Positions 19,975 to 28,738 of a DNA stretch of 39,985 nucleotides are shown one piece after another. The position numbers and the translations under genes are program-made. The DNA is taken from NCBI GenBank assembly GCA_964594395.1, contig CAZQLW010000005.1:1-39985 (forward strand), read 5' to 3'. Positions within the stretch are counted from its first letter, which is position 1, and the number at the start of each line of letters is the position of its first letter. This DNA is from an uncultured Methanosarcinales archaeon. Its GTDB lineage: Archaea > Nanobdellota > Nanobdellia > Woesearchaeales > GW2011-AR9. The notes under the pieces were generated by a model, which saw only the letters and a program-made list of their open reading frames with translations, made no database searches and was not told the origin of the DNA.

Positions 19975-21132
19975 ATGACACATTTTGAAAAAGAAGAAAA
20001 AAGTGATGGAAATCATCATGAACCGCATAAATCTCATGAACATCATAAACCTCAAGTTTATCATGAAAATCATGAACATAGTCATAAACATAGGTCAGAA
20101 GAGGTTCATAAGGAACATCATAAGGAACACCATAAGGAACACCATAAACCAAAAGAGCACAAAAAAGTTAAATTAGATTATTGGAAAGTTGCTAGTTATG
20201 TTTTAGCAGTATTATTATTACTTTCTTTGTTTACTGGTTTTAAATTGTTTGACTTAGGTTCAAATAAAGATGGTGTTGCTTCTGAAACATTAGAATACAT
20301 TAACACCAATATGTTACAGGGCCAAGCTTCGGCTAAACTTCAAGCTGTAACTGAAGAGCACGGACTTTACAAAATGACCCTTGCACTTAGCGGGAATAAT
20401 GTTGATGGTTACGTTACAAAAGATGGTGCTTTATTTTTCACACAAGCCATTGATACTAGCGGTGCTGGACCACAAGTAACTCCTCCATCTGCACAACCAA
20501 CTCCTGAAGTTGTAAAGTCTGATAAACCGATAGTTGAACTGTTTGTAATGAGCCATTGTCCTTTTGGTACTCAGGCAGAGAAAGGAATGTTACCGATCGC
20601 TAATTTATTGGGAGATAAAATTGATTTTGAATTGAAGTTTGTTTATTATGCTATGCATGGTAAAGAAGAGTTAGATGAACAATCTAAACAAGTTTGTATC
20701 CAAAATGAACAGAATGATAAGTTTAGTGATTATTTATCATGCTTCTTAGAAGCAGGTGATACTGAATCTTGTTTAAAAGATGCTAAAATTAATACTGCAA
20801 AATTAACAAAATGTGTGGCTCAGCTGGATAAGGATTATAAAATTACAGAAAAGTTTAACCAAAAATCTACTTGGTTAAGTGGTAAATTTCCATTATTTGA
20901 TGTCCATAAAGCAGAAAATGACAAATATCAAATTAAAGGGAGTCCTGGCTTGGTTATTAATGGTGCACAAGTAAACTCAGCAAGATCACCAGCAGCTTAT
21001 TTAGCAACAATCTGTGGAGCATTTAACGACGCTCCTGAAGAGTGTGAAAGTTCTGAAGGTGTTAGTACTGAAACTTATCAACCTGGTTTTGGTTATGATA
21101 AGGGTGCAGCTACTGCGGCAACTTGTGGTTAG
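19975..21132 (+). CDS. Membrane-anchored thioredoxin/DsbA-fold protein with His-rich cytoplasmic N-terminus
   Basis: His-rich first ~63 aa, one TM, FVMSHCPFG, GSP cis-Pro-like motif, multiple Cys. Confidence 0.75.
   Translation: MTHFEKEEKSDGNHHEPHKSHEHHKPQVYHENHEHSHKHRSEEVHKEHHKEHHKEHHKPKEHKKVKLDYWKVASYVLAVLLLLSLFTGFKLFDLGSNKDGVASETLEYINTNMLQGQASAKLQAVTEEHGLYKMTLALSGNNVDGYVTKDGALFFTQAIDTSGAGPQVTPPSAQPTPEVVKSDKPIVELFVMSHCPFGTQAEKGMLPIANLLGDKIDFELKFVYYAMHGKEELDEQSKQVCIQNEQNDKFSDYLSCFLEAGDTESCLKDAKINTAKLTKCVAQLDKDYKITEKFNQKSTWLSGKFPLFDVHKAENDKYQIKGSPGLVINGAQVNSARSPAAYLATICGAFNDAPEECESSEGVSTETYQPGFGYDKGAATAATCG
20107..20147 (+). repeat. 12-bp coding tandem repeat CATAAGGAACAY x3 (HKEH)
   Basis: Read directly. 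Confidence 0.8.
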
Positions 21133-21178
21133 AATTTAATTAATTTTTTTAATTTTCTTTTTCTTGATTTATTTAGAA

Positions 21179-21469
21179 TTATTGAACTGGAGGTTGTTGT
21201 CCGGGTTGAACTGGTTGAATCTCAGGCGTTGCAGGCGGAGTTTGTTGTTGTTCTGGAGGAAGTTGTGTTTCTCCAACAGGAGCAGTTACTTCTTCTCCAC
21301 TAGCTTCTCTTTTCTTTTCTAAGAAGAAGACTGTACCAAAAATAACCAGTGTTAATACTCCAATAATGATTACTCCCAATGTTGAACCTTTAGGAATAAC
21401 AAAAATTATTAATCCTAAGTATAATACAATTAAAGCAAGTTCAATTGCCATATAAACAGCTTTATTCAT
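21179..21469 (-). CDS. Small 2-TM protein with Pro/Gln-rich tail
   Basis: Two hydrophobic helices then low-complexity PQ region. Confidence 0.7.
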   Translation of the reverse strand: MNKAVYMAIELALIVLYLGLIIFVIPKGSTLGVIIIGVLTLVIFGTVFFLEKKREASGEEVTAPVGETQLPPEQQQTPPATPEIQPVQPGQQPPVQ

Positions 21470-21526
21470 ATGACGAAGGTTATCTTAATCATTTATATTA
21501 TTTTCTGTGTTATAAAGAATAAAAAA

Positions 21527-21635
21527 TGGCCCCGCGGGGATTTGAACCCCGGACCTCACGATTTCTTTCCTAAACAGGATATCAGTCGTGCGCTCTATTA
21601 CCCAAAATAAATTTTCCAGGCTAAGCCACGGGGCC
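21527..21635 (-). tRNA. tRNA-Ile(GAU) with two introns (D-loop and 37/38)
   Basis: Acceptor GGCCCCG/CGGGGCC-A, D stem GCTT/GAGC, anticodon stem CACGA/TCGTG with GAT at 21581-21583, T arm CGGGG-TTCAAAT-CCCCG; inserts at ~21599-21614 and 21563-21579. Confidence 0.9.
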
Positions 21636-21687
21636 GTATTTTATCAGAAATAAGATGTATTTTTAAAGGTTTTGGATGAATTCCTGT

Positions 21688-22062
21688 TTAAGAAAAATAT
21701 TCAACATCATCGGTAGTTATTGTAGTTTCTTTTCTTTCTTTATTATCAGTAAATTCATTTTTCCGTTTTTCTTTTCCTTTATTTTCTTCTTCATTAAAAC
21801 TTGTTGGTTTTACACTTTGGATAACTTCCATTCCCTTACTGAAATTCTTATTACCACACTTTTCACAATGAAAATAAGGTCCGAATTTACCTGATCTTAA
21901 TTCTAACCAACTGCCACAAATACATTTACTTTCTTCTAACATGGATTTTGTATGTTGATGACAAACGTCTAATCCCTGTTCGTTTTTGGAAGTCGCAGTT
22001 CTATTGCAGAATGGACAAGTACTAGTTTTGTAAGAACCGTAAACTTTCTTTTTAAATCGCAT
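21688..22062 (-). CDS. Zn-finger protein resembling the topoisomerase IA C4 zinc ribbon
   Basis: CPFC, CHQH, CICG...RSGKFGPYFHCEKCG. Confidence 0.7.
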   Translation of the reverse strand: MRFKKKVYGSYKTSTCPFCNRTATSKNEQGLDVCHQHTKSMLEESKCICGSWLELRSGKFGPYFHCEKCGNKNFSKGMEVIQSVKPTSFNEEENKGKEKRKNEFTDNKERKETTITTDDVEYFS

Positions 22063-22103
22063 TGTTATGATAAAAATAAAAAAGAAAAAGCTATTAAAGC
22101 TTT

Positions 22104-22931
22104 CTAATTGTAAATAATTTTTAACGCTTCTTTAACAGATTTTACTGTGTATAGTTGTCCTTTACTGTTACTTGAATCACCGACTTCTAAAGAATCTTGG
22201 CCTAAAGTTAAAATTGGCCCTGAATAAAAATCTTTTAAGAAATTTTCAAAATTTTCATACTGTAGGTGTAAGGCATGATAAAAATCTCTAGGTAATCCAA
22301 CACCTTTACCTGCATCTTCTCTAACTTCTATCCCTCTTTGTCTTTCTTGGACTCTTTCCCAACCTTTTTCTTCACTAGATTTTAAAATAATAATTAAATC
22401 TGGATCAAGACCTTTATTTCCCAAGGTTGATTTTTCTATTCTTTCAATTTGTTTCTTTTTCATTAAAAAATAGTCCTGACAGAATTTTAAAGAATCTTCT
22501 GACATATGTCCTTCATTTCTTAGAACGTTGCTGAAAATTAAATCTTCATAAGTTGTCCTGTCAAAAATTAATGATTGATTTGGGTATCCTCTCATTTTCG
22601 AAACCATCTGTTGTGATCTGGTAGAAATTAAATCAACTTGTAATCTTTCAGCATATTTTCCCATGTCTCCATAATACCATTTTAATAATTCATTCTCAAC
22701 ATCTTCTTTGATTACTTTAATTCCACCATAAACTCCGATTAATTTAGTGGTACTGGTTTTACCTAAACCAATATTTGCTCCCAGGTGAATAATTGTTTGA
22801 TCTTCTTTCAGTAATTTGGTTAATTCTTCACCTTCTTCAAAAACTGCAGTCATTGCTTCTGTCTGACTCATCTGAGAAATTTCTTCCTCAACTTCTCTTG
22901 TTCTTTCTTTTATTTTATCATTAATTTCCAT
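22104..22931 (-). CDS. Deoxynucleoside kinase family protein
   Basis: Walker A ANIGLGKT, FDRTTYED, PDLIIILK, lid ERVQERQRGIE. Confidence 0.82.
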   Translation of the reverse strand: MEINDKIKERTREVEEEISQMSQTEAMTAVFEEGEELTKLLKEDQTIIHLGANIGLGKTSTTKLIGVYGGIKVIKEDVENELLKWYYGDMGKYAERLQVDLISTRSQQMVSKMRGYPNQSLIFDRTTYEDLIFSNVLRNEGHMSEDSLKFCQDYFLMKKKQIERIEKSTLGNKGLDPDLIIILKSSEEKGWERVQERQRGIEVREDAGKGVGLPRDFYHALHLQYENFENFLKDFYSGPILTLGQDSLEVGDSSNSKGQLYTVKSVKEALKIIYN

Positions 22932-23628
22932 TTTGTATTTCTCCTAGTTCTTCAACTATTTGATCTAATATTTTCTGATGGTAATTCTTATCTTCGTTAA
23001 AATCCCTTGTAGCGTCAACGGTAATTACTTTTGGTGCTTTTACTGCATATTTTGCATAAACAGTTTCAATGTTGTCAAAGAAAGATTCATACATTCTGTT
23101 AATTGTTTTCAAATATTCAACCGGAATATTTTCTCCGGGTGTTGCTCTTTGTTTTTGTCTTGTTACTAAAACATCTTCATCATCAATTCTCAAATAAACA
23201 ATTAATTGCTCTAACCACTTGTGTTGTTGAGTTCTGTCAAGTTGGTCTAGTCCTCTCTTAATATCTTTTTGATAATTTTCATAATCATTATGAGATAAGT
23301 ATCCTTCTAAAAAAGAGTTTTTAGAAAATGTTTCTGCACCACCAATCATGCTTCTATCAAAGATATAAATCCCAGATCCTTCTTTAGCTTTCAAATGGCG
23401 GTTAAGTCTTCCGATCCGACAACTTTGTTCAAAAATCCCACTATATTTTTTACGATCATGGTAAAATAATTCTGCGCCAATTGGATCAATAAATTCAGAG
23501 AGAGTTGTAACGTGTTCTCCATTTTCTAGGAATTGGTTAAATTGTTCTTTATTATCATCTAAATATCTCACTGTTTCAGTTTTTCCAGCACAAATATTGC
23601 CTTCAATTAAGATTACCTGTTTCGCCAT
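22921..23628 (-). CDS. Deoxynucleoside kinase family protein
   Basis: IEGNICAGKT, IFDRS, IVYLR, RQKQR, EYLKTINRMYE. Confidence 0.85.
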   Translation of the reverse strand: MAKQVILIEGNICAGKTETVRYLDDNKEQFNQFLENGEHVTTLSEFIDPIGAELFYHDRKKYSGIFEQSCRIGRLNRHLKAKEGSGIYIFDRSMIGGAETFSKNSFLEGYLSHNDYENYQKDIKRGLDQLDRTQQHKWLEQLIVYLRIDDEDVLVTRQKQRATPGENIPVEYLKTINRMYESFFDNIETVYAKYAVKAPKVITVDATRDFNEDKNYHQKILDQIVEELGEIQNGN

Positions 23629-23629
23629 T

Positions 23630-24241
23630 TTATTCTATGAAATATTCTTCTGGTTGGTTAAGATCTGTTAAAGTTTGGTTAAGAATGATTTTTTTCCAAA
23701 GATTTCTGAAATTGTTTTTTGGAGAGAGAGGAGGTAATTCTTGATGTTCTATTTTGTATTCTTGCAGGAATTCTCTGATATTTTGGTCCATTTCCAATTG
23801 AAACTTTTTATCTAATGCTCTTGTTCCAGTTCCTTTTACTATCTTAGATTCTGTGATTGGTAACAAATAAATCCTATCATAAGGAAACATTTCTAAATGG
23901 TCCAAAGTCATGTTTAGTGCTGGTTGATTTTTTCCAACTTTATTCTCTAAGTAACAGTAATTATCTGGCCCTCGGTCACAAATCAGGACATCATAATTTG
24001 GACGGTTAGGTGAGTGTTTACTGTACAATAATTCTCTGGCAAAATGAGTATGTAAAATCCACAATTGTGCTTCTAAAGTAGTTTCTAGATTAATTGGTAA
24101 GCCAATTTCTTGAGCTTTTGTAGATACTTCTTCAATTCTTTTGGCTTCTATGCCTCTTTGTTTAAGCTTAGATTCTATTGAACTCATTAAAGCAGTTTTA
24201 CCCACTGAGTGCGAACCAACTAATCCTATTTTATACACCAT
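23630..24241 (-). CDS. AAA_28/NadR-like P-loop kinase
   Basis: GSHSVGKT, CDRGPDNYCY, YDRIYLLP. Confidence 0.78.
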   Translation of the reverse strand: MVYKIGLVGSHSVGKTALMSSIESKLKQRGIEAKRIEEVSTKAQEIGLPINLETTLEAQLWILHTHFARELLYSKHSPNRPNYDVLICDRGPDNYCYLENKVGKNQPALNMTLDHLEMFPYDRIYLLPITESKIVKGTGTRALDKKFQLEMDQNIREFLQEYKIEHQELPPLSPKNNFRNLWKKIILNQTLTDLNQPEEYFIE

Positions 24242-24346
24242 CTTTTTTCAAAATTTGTGATGATGGGCTTATTAAAAAGGATTGTTGTGGTAGGAGTTAT
24301 ATGTTATAATGGTATATTTTATAAAAAATAAAGAATTATTATAATT

Positions 24347-25807
24347 ATGAACATTACAATACTTGATTGTTACACAGATGAAGCTTCTGGGCTAGGTGTG
24401 CCTCCATATTTAGGAACATATCCTAGATATTTGTTTGGTAAGTTTGTTACTGAGGAAGATAAAGTTACTTACCTCACTATTGATGATTTACGGTTATGGA
24501 AACAGTTGAAAGGAATCAAGAAAGAAACTGAAGAACATCAGAAAACTAATATTTTTGTTCATAACCTGACGAAAAACCAAGCTAAAGATGTTTTACCCGA
24601 AACTGATTTATTAGTTGTTGTTCTGGGCGTACATGTTCCAGGCAAATATCTCTCTGCCGTACCTGGAACTTTGAAAGAAGTCATTCCAATGTTAAACAAT
24701 CTTAATTGCAAAAAGATACTTACCGGTCCTGCTATTTTTGGGACACAGTTAGAGGGCGGTAAATTCTTTGAGAAGGAAGACCTTTCTATTTTTAATCAAA
24801 TTAAAGATTATCCATTTTCGTTTGAAGAATTGAAAAATACTTCTACTTCTAGTGCAGAAATTCTAAAACAAATCCCTGATCAACGAGTGATTGAAATTGA
24901 AACCTCTCGTGGTTGTAAATTTGGCAAGTGTAGTTTTTGTACAGAAGGGATAAAAAATAAGTTTTGTAATAGGAAGATGGAAAATGTTCTTGAAGAGATT
25001 GTTGCTTACTATAAAGTTGGTGCTCGACATTTCCGGATTGGTAAACAAGCAGATTTTTATGCGATTGACAGACCAATTGAGTTATTAAAACAAATTAACA
25101 AAAAATGTCCAAAGATTGAAGTTTTACATATTGATAATGTTAATCCGAATTCTGTTATTTCTGAAAATGGTGAAGAGATAACGAAAGCGATTGTTAAATA
25201 TTGCACTTCAGGAAACATTGCTGCTTTTGGAATTGAATCTTTTGATCCGGAAGTTGTTAAAGCGAACAGAATGAATACTTCTCCAAAAGTTGCAATGAAA
25301 GCGATTGAGATTATTAACAAATTCGGAGCTGAAAGAGGGAGAAATGGAATGCTCAAATTTCTTCCTGGGTTAAATTTAATTTTCGGATTAATTGGCGAGA
25401 ATAAGGGAACGCATCAGAAAAACATGGAAGCCTTACAGAAAATATTAGACTCTGAATTGATGTTAAGACGGATTAATCTGCGGCAAGTTGTTGTCATGCC
25501 GGGAACTTATTTGGAACAAGAAGCAGGTAACAAATATTGGCGGAAAAATAAGAAATATTATTGGAAATGGCGAAACGATATTCGTCAGAAGATAGATTTG
25601 CCAATGTTAAAGAAAGTTGTTCCTGTTGGAACTATTTTGCAAGATGTTTACACTGAAATTTATGACGGGAAAACTACGTTTTGCCGGCAAGTTGGAACTT
25701 ATCCTTTGATTGTTGGTGTTAAAGGCAGAATTCTGCTTGGTAAGAAGATTAAAGTTAAGATTGTTGGTCATATGTTAAGAAGTTTAGTTGGAGAGGTAGT
25801 TCAATAA
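24347..25807 (+). CDS. Archaeal radical SAM protein with C-terminal TRAM-like domain (COG1031-like)
   Basis: GLGVPPYLGTYPRY, HVPGKYL, EIETSRGCKFGKCSFC, RQVGTYPLIVG. Confidence 0.85.
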   Translation: MNITILDCYTDEASGLGVPPYLGTYPRYLFGKFVTEEDKVTYLTIDDLRLWKQLKGIKKETEEHQKTNIFVHNLTKNQAKDVLPETDLLVVVLGVHVPGKYLSAVPGTLKEVIPMLNNLNCKKILTGPAIFGTQLEGGKFFEKEDLSIFNQIKDYPFSFEELKNTSTSSAEILKQIPDQRVIEIETSRGCKFGKCSFCTEGIKNKFCNRKMENVLEEIVAYYKVGARHFRIGKQADFYAIDRPIELLKQINKKCPKIEVLHIDNVNPNSVISENGEEITKAIVKYCTSGNIAAFGIESFDPEVVKANRMNTSPKVAMKAIEIINKFGAERGRNGMLKFLPGLNLIFGLIGENKGTHQKNMEALQKILDSELMLRRINLRQVVVMPGTYLEQEAGNKYWRKNKKYYWKWRNDIRQKIDLPMLKKVVPVGTILQDVYTEIYDGKTTFCRQVGTYPLIVGVKGRILLGKKIKVKIVGHMLRSLVGEVVQ

Positions 25808-26271
25808 ATAAAAGGAATTAGTTTCTTAGTGTGTTTCATATAATCTTCATAACGATCTTTAGTTTTCTTTTTCAAATGATATTCTTCACGACGAATTCTA
25901 ATCAATGTTACGGGAAGAATTAAAACAAATGTTGAAATGATTCCTAAGATTGATGAGAGTACTCCTGCAAAACCAATGAACATGAAAAGTGTGGATAAGT
26001 ACATGGGATGGCGGATATATTTATACAATCCCTTTCTAACAATCTCATGGTCTTTTCTGATAACAATGTTGATGTTAAAGAATCTTCTTAACCACATTTT
26101 ACATAATATTCTAATTACAACTCCTCCAACAAGAATAATGCCAAAAAGTATTTCTAAATTAAATGATAAAATTTTAAGTTTTAAATAGTCTAAGAATGTT
26201 AATCCTACTGTTATTAAATATGCAAACAAGAATAACCAAAATGTTAACCATTCTTTGGGTTTATATTTCAT
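25801..26271 (-). CDS. Isoprenylcysteine carboxyl methyltransferase (ICMT/PEMT) family membrane protein
   Basis: GLYKYIRHPMY, RIRREE, YEDYM, IPFIY. Confidence 0.9.
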   Translation of the reverse strand: MKYKPKEWLTFWLFLFAYLITVGLTFLDYLKLKILSFNLEILFGIILVGGVVIRILCKMWLRRFFNINIVIRKDHEIVRKGLYKYIRHPMYLSTLFMFIGFAGVLSSILGIISTFVLILPVTLIRIRREEYHLKKKTKDRYEDYMKHTKKLIPFIY

Positions 26272-26306
26272 ACATTAGATGTTATTTGTTAAGTTTTTAA
26301 ATGTAT

Positions 26307-27356
26307 TTATTTGTTGATTAATTTTTTAACTTTTTCAACTAACTTAGGTTCAATATAATGGCTAACTGTAACATTAAAATTTTCTTTCCAAAGATTATCT
26401 TTCTTAGAAAATTTTTTATGTCCAAGGGAACCAGCAATTTCTAAATACAATCCGTTAACTTCTTTTTTGTCAAGTTTACTTTTTCCTTTAATAAAATTTT
26501 TAACTTTGCTTGTAGCATAATGTGATCTCACTATATGCGGATAAAATTCTTTTCCACAATATTTTTTGAAAGCTGCTTTGAAATATTTTTCCGGTAATGG
26601 TTTTCCAGTATTGGAAACAAAAACAAAATCGTTTATTTTTAATGATGCTAAATGTTTTTTTAGACGTTTAAGATACAGTTTGGGAAACTTCTTTTTAATG
26701 TCTTGTGGGACACCATCTTTACCAATAAATTTAAATTCAATCTCTTTATCTTTGATTTTAATGTTCTTTTTTTTTAATGTTGTTAATCCTTTATGGTTAT
26801 GTAACTTATAATAAATTTCGTTACCAATTCTCATTCTTGTTCTTAACAGTGTATACATCGGTAAAACTAGATTATCGTTCTTATTTTTTAATGCCAAAGA
26901 AACATTTTTCATAAGTTGCAAATAAATTTTATCAAATTGATTAACTTTTTTATATTTTGCAATGGTGTTCTTTGCTTTTTTCTTTAGTGAATAACAGTAT
27001 GACCAGGTTCCACCCGGATTTTGAAACAAAACATCCCAATGTTCAGCAGAACTTTGATCATGGACAGTTAAATGTTTTGCAAACAGGGAATAGGCTTTAT
27101 CTATTTGAGTTCCATCCGGTAAAATATTGATTCTTGCTCCTTGAACTTTACCTTTAAACAGTTGTCCTTTAAGAAAAGCTGGATCTTTCTTATCAATTAA
27201 CGCTTTTAAATTATTATGAGCTTTGAAAAGTTTGACAATATTATTAATTTCAGGAAATTGTTGAGCAGATTTTTTCCATGATTTGGCTGTCTTTTGGTAA
27301 GCTAACAAGTTTTTTGCTTGAATTCTAACAGTTCCAACAGTAATCTCTTTTTTCAT
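26307..27356 (-). CDS. DNA topoisomerase IB-like (DNA breaking-rejoining) enzyme
   Basis: RIGNE...GLTTL, FKFIGKDG, HIVRS, LGH, SHY match the R-K-R-H-Y pentad of poxviral/bacterial TopIB. Confidence 0.75.
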   Translation of the reverse strand: MKKEITVGTVRIQAKNLLAYQKTAKSWKKSAQQFPEINNIVKLFKAHNNLKALIDKKDPAFLKGQLFKGKVQGARINILPDGTQIDKAYSLFAKHLTVHDQSSAEHWDVLFQNPGGTWSYCYSLKKKAKNTIAKYKKVNQFDKIYLQLMKNVSLALKNKNDNLVLPMYTLLRTRMRIGNEIYYKLHNHKGLTTLKKKNIKIKDKEIEFKFIGKDGVPQDIKKKFPKLYLKRLKKHLASLKINDFVFVSNTGKPLPEKYFKAAFKKYCGKEFYPHIVRSHYATSKVKNFIKGKSKLDKKEVNGLYLEIAGSLGHKKFSKKDNLWKENFNVTVSHYIEPKLVEKVKKLINK

Positions 27357-27494
27357 TATGGCTAGGAATGTGTTAATATATTTAAATCTATTTTATTATA
27401 ACTTGGTAGTTTAAATTTGATTTCTTAATATCTATCCAAAATAGCTTTAATTCACTAGAAAACTTTATAAATGCCCCACTTAATTAGAAGAAAC

Positions 27495-27944
27495 ATGACT
27501 CATATCTTAGCGGTGGAACCAAATGAATTGGTAAATCAGGCAGCTGAAAGCTTAAAAAAGCAAAAGTTGGTAGAACCTACTGAATGGAGCAAGTTTGTAA
27601 AAACAGGGCATCATAAACAAAGGTTACCTGATAACGACGAGTGGTGGTATTACCGTTCAGCAGCAATCTTGAGAAGTATTGCTAGGCTTGGTCCAGTAGG
27701 AACACAAAAGTTAAGAACAAAGTTTGGCGGTAAAAAAAACCGGGGTCATAAGCCTGAACACGTTTACAAAGCTTCAGGATCAATTATTAGAAAAATATTA
27801 CAACAGCTTGAAAAATCAGGATTAATTAAACAAACTGAGAAAGGTATCCATAAAGGCCGAGTTTTAACGCCACAAGGTGTTTCTTTCTTAGACAAAATAG
27901 CTGTTCAAATCGCTAAAAAAGCGTATAAAGAATCTAAAGAATAA
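27495..27944 (+). CDS. rps19e: 30S ribosomal protein S19e; start set at ATG 27495
   Basis: FVKTG, WWYYRSAAILR, SGSIIRKILQQLE; TATA at ~27458-27471. Confidence 0.97.
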   Translation: MTHILAVEPNELVNQAAESLKKQKLVEPTEWSKFVKTGHHKQRLPDNDEWWYYRSAAILRSIARLGPVGTQKLRTKFGGKKNRGHKPEHVYKASGSIIRKILQQLEKSGLIKQTEKGIHKGRVLTPQGVSFLDKIAVQIAKKAYKESKE

Positions 27945-27948
27945 GAAA

Positions 27949-28122
27949 ATGGCACGAAATAAACATCCTTCCAGAAAGAAACGGTTAATTAAGTTATCTA
28001 AAAAAACTAAATGGGCACCTTTTTGGACAGTTTTTAAAATTTATGGTAAAGGTAGAAAGGTTCATCCTTCTCGACATACCGAAGTTAAACGTTCTTGGAG
28101 AAGAGGTAATACTAAAGCTTAA
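27949..28122 (+). CDS. rpl39e: 50S ribosomal protein L39e (57 aa, absent from the ORF track)
   Basis: Manual translation MARNKHPSRKKRLIKLSKKTKWAPFW...KRSWRRGNTKA; lies directly before rpl31e. Confidence 0.92.
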   Translation: MARNKHPSRKKRLIKLSKKTKWAPFWTVFKIYGKGRKVHPSRHTEVKRSWRRGNTKA

Positions 28123-28124
28123 AA

Positions 28125-28604
28125 ATGGTGGCCAAGAAAGAAGCAGCTAAAGTTCTTGAACGAACATACACTATTCCTCTTAGAAAGGAGTTCATGAAAG
28201 TTCCTCGTTGGAAAAAGTCAAAAAAAGCAGTTACTGCTTTAAGACAATTCTTGGTTAAACATATGAAATCTGAAGATGTTAAGATTGGTAAAGAAGTTAA
28301 CGAATATGTTTGGAATCATGGAATTAAGAATCCACCACACCATGTTAAAGTTACCGTAACTAAAGATGATAAAGGGGTAGTAAACGCTGAATTATTTGGT
28401 AAGAAAAAAAATAAAGCTACTAAGAAACCAGCTAAGAAAGAAGGGAAGAAAGTTGCTGAACCAAAGAAGGAAGAGAAGGTAGAAGAGAAGAAGCCAGAAG
28501 TTAAAGAAGAAGTTAAAGTGGAAGAAAAAGTAGAGCCAGTAAAAGAAACAGTAGAAGTGCCTAAAACTGAAGAAAAATCAGTTGAAGAAGCTAAAAAAGA
28601 ATAA
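28125..28604 (+). CDS. rpl31e: 50S ribosomal protein L31e with charged tail
   Basis: ERTYTIPLR, KHMK, NEYVWNHGIKNPP. Confidence 0.96.
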   Translation: MVAKKEAAKVLERTYTIPLRKEFMKVPRWKKSKKAVTALRQFLVKHMKSEDVKIGKEVNEYVWNHGIKNPPHHVKVTVTKDDKGVVNAELFGKKKNKATKKPAKKEGKKVAEPKKEEKVEEKKPEVKEEVKVEEKVEPVKETVEVPKTEEKSVEEAKKE

Positions 28605-28738
28605 TTCTTATTTATTATATTAATTAATTTTATTTATCTGTTTATTTGTAAAGCCACTAGCCACTGGACAGGTGCGGGAAAGACTTATAAACAAGCAGTT
28701 TTCTAAAATAATCATGAGAAAAGAGAGGTTCTATTAAA

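Noticed and set aside
24257-24300. GTGATGA as box C of a C/D guide RNA
   Set aside because: No box D (CTGA) at a suitable distance; lies in a divergent promoter region
28652-28680. AGCCACT direct repeat and GC-rich patch upstream of the nuclease promoter
   Set aside because: Only two 7-bp copies and no convincing structure
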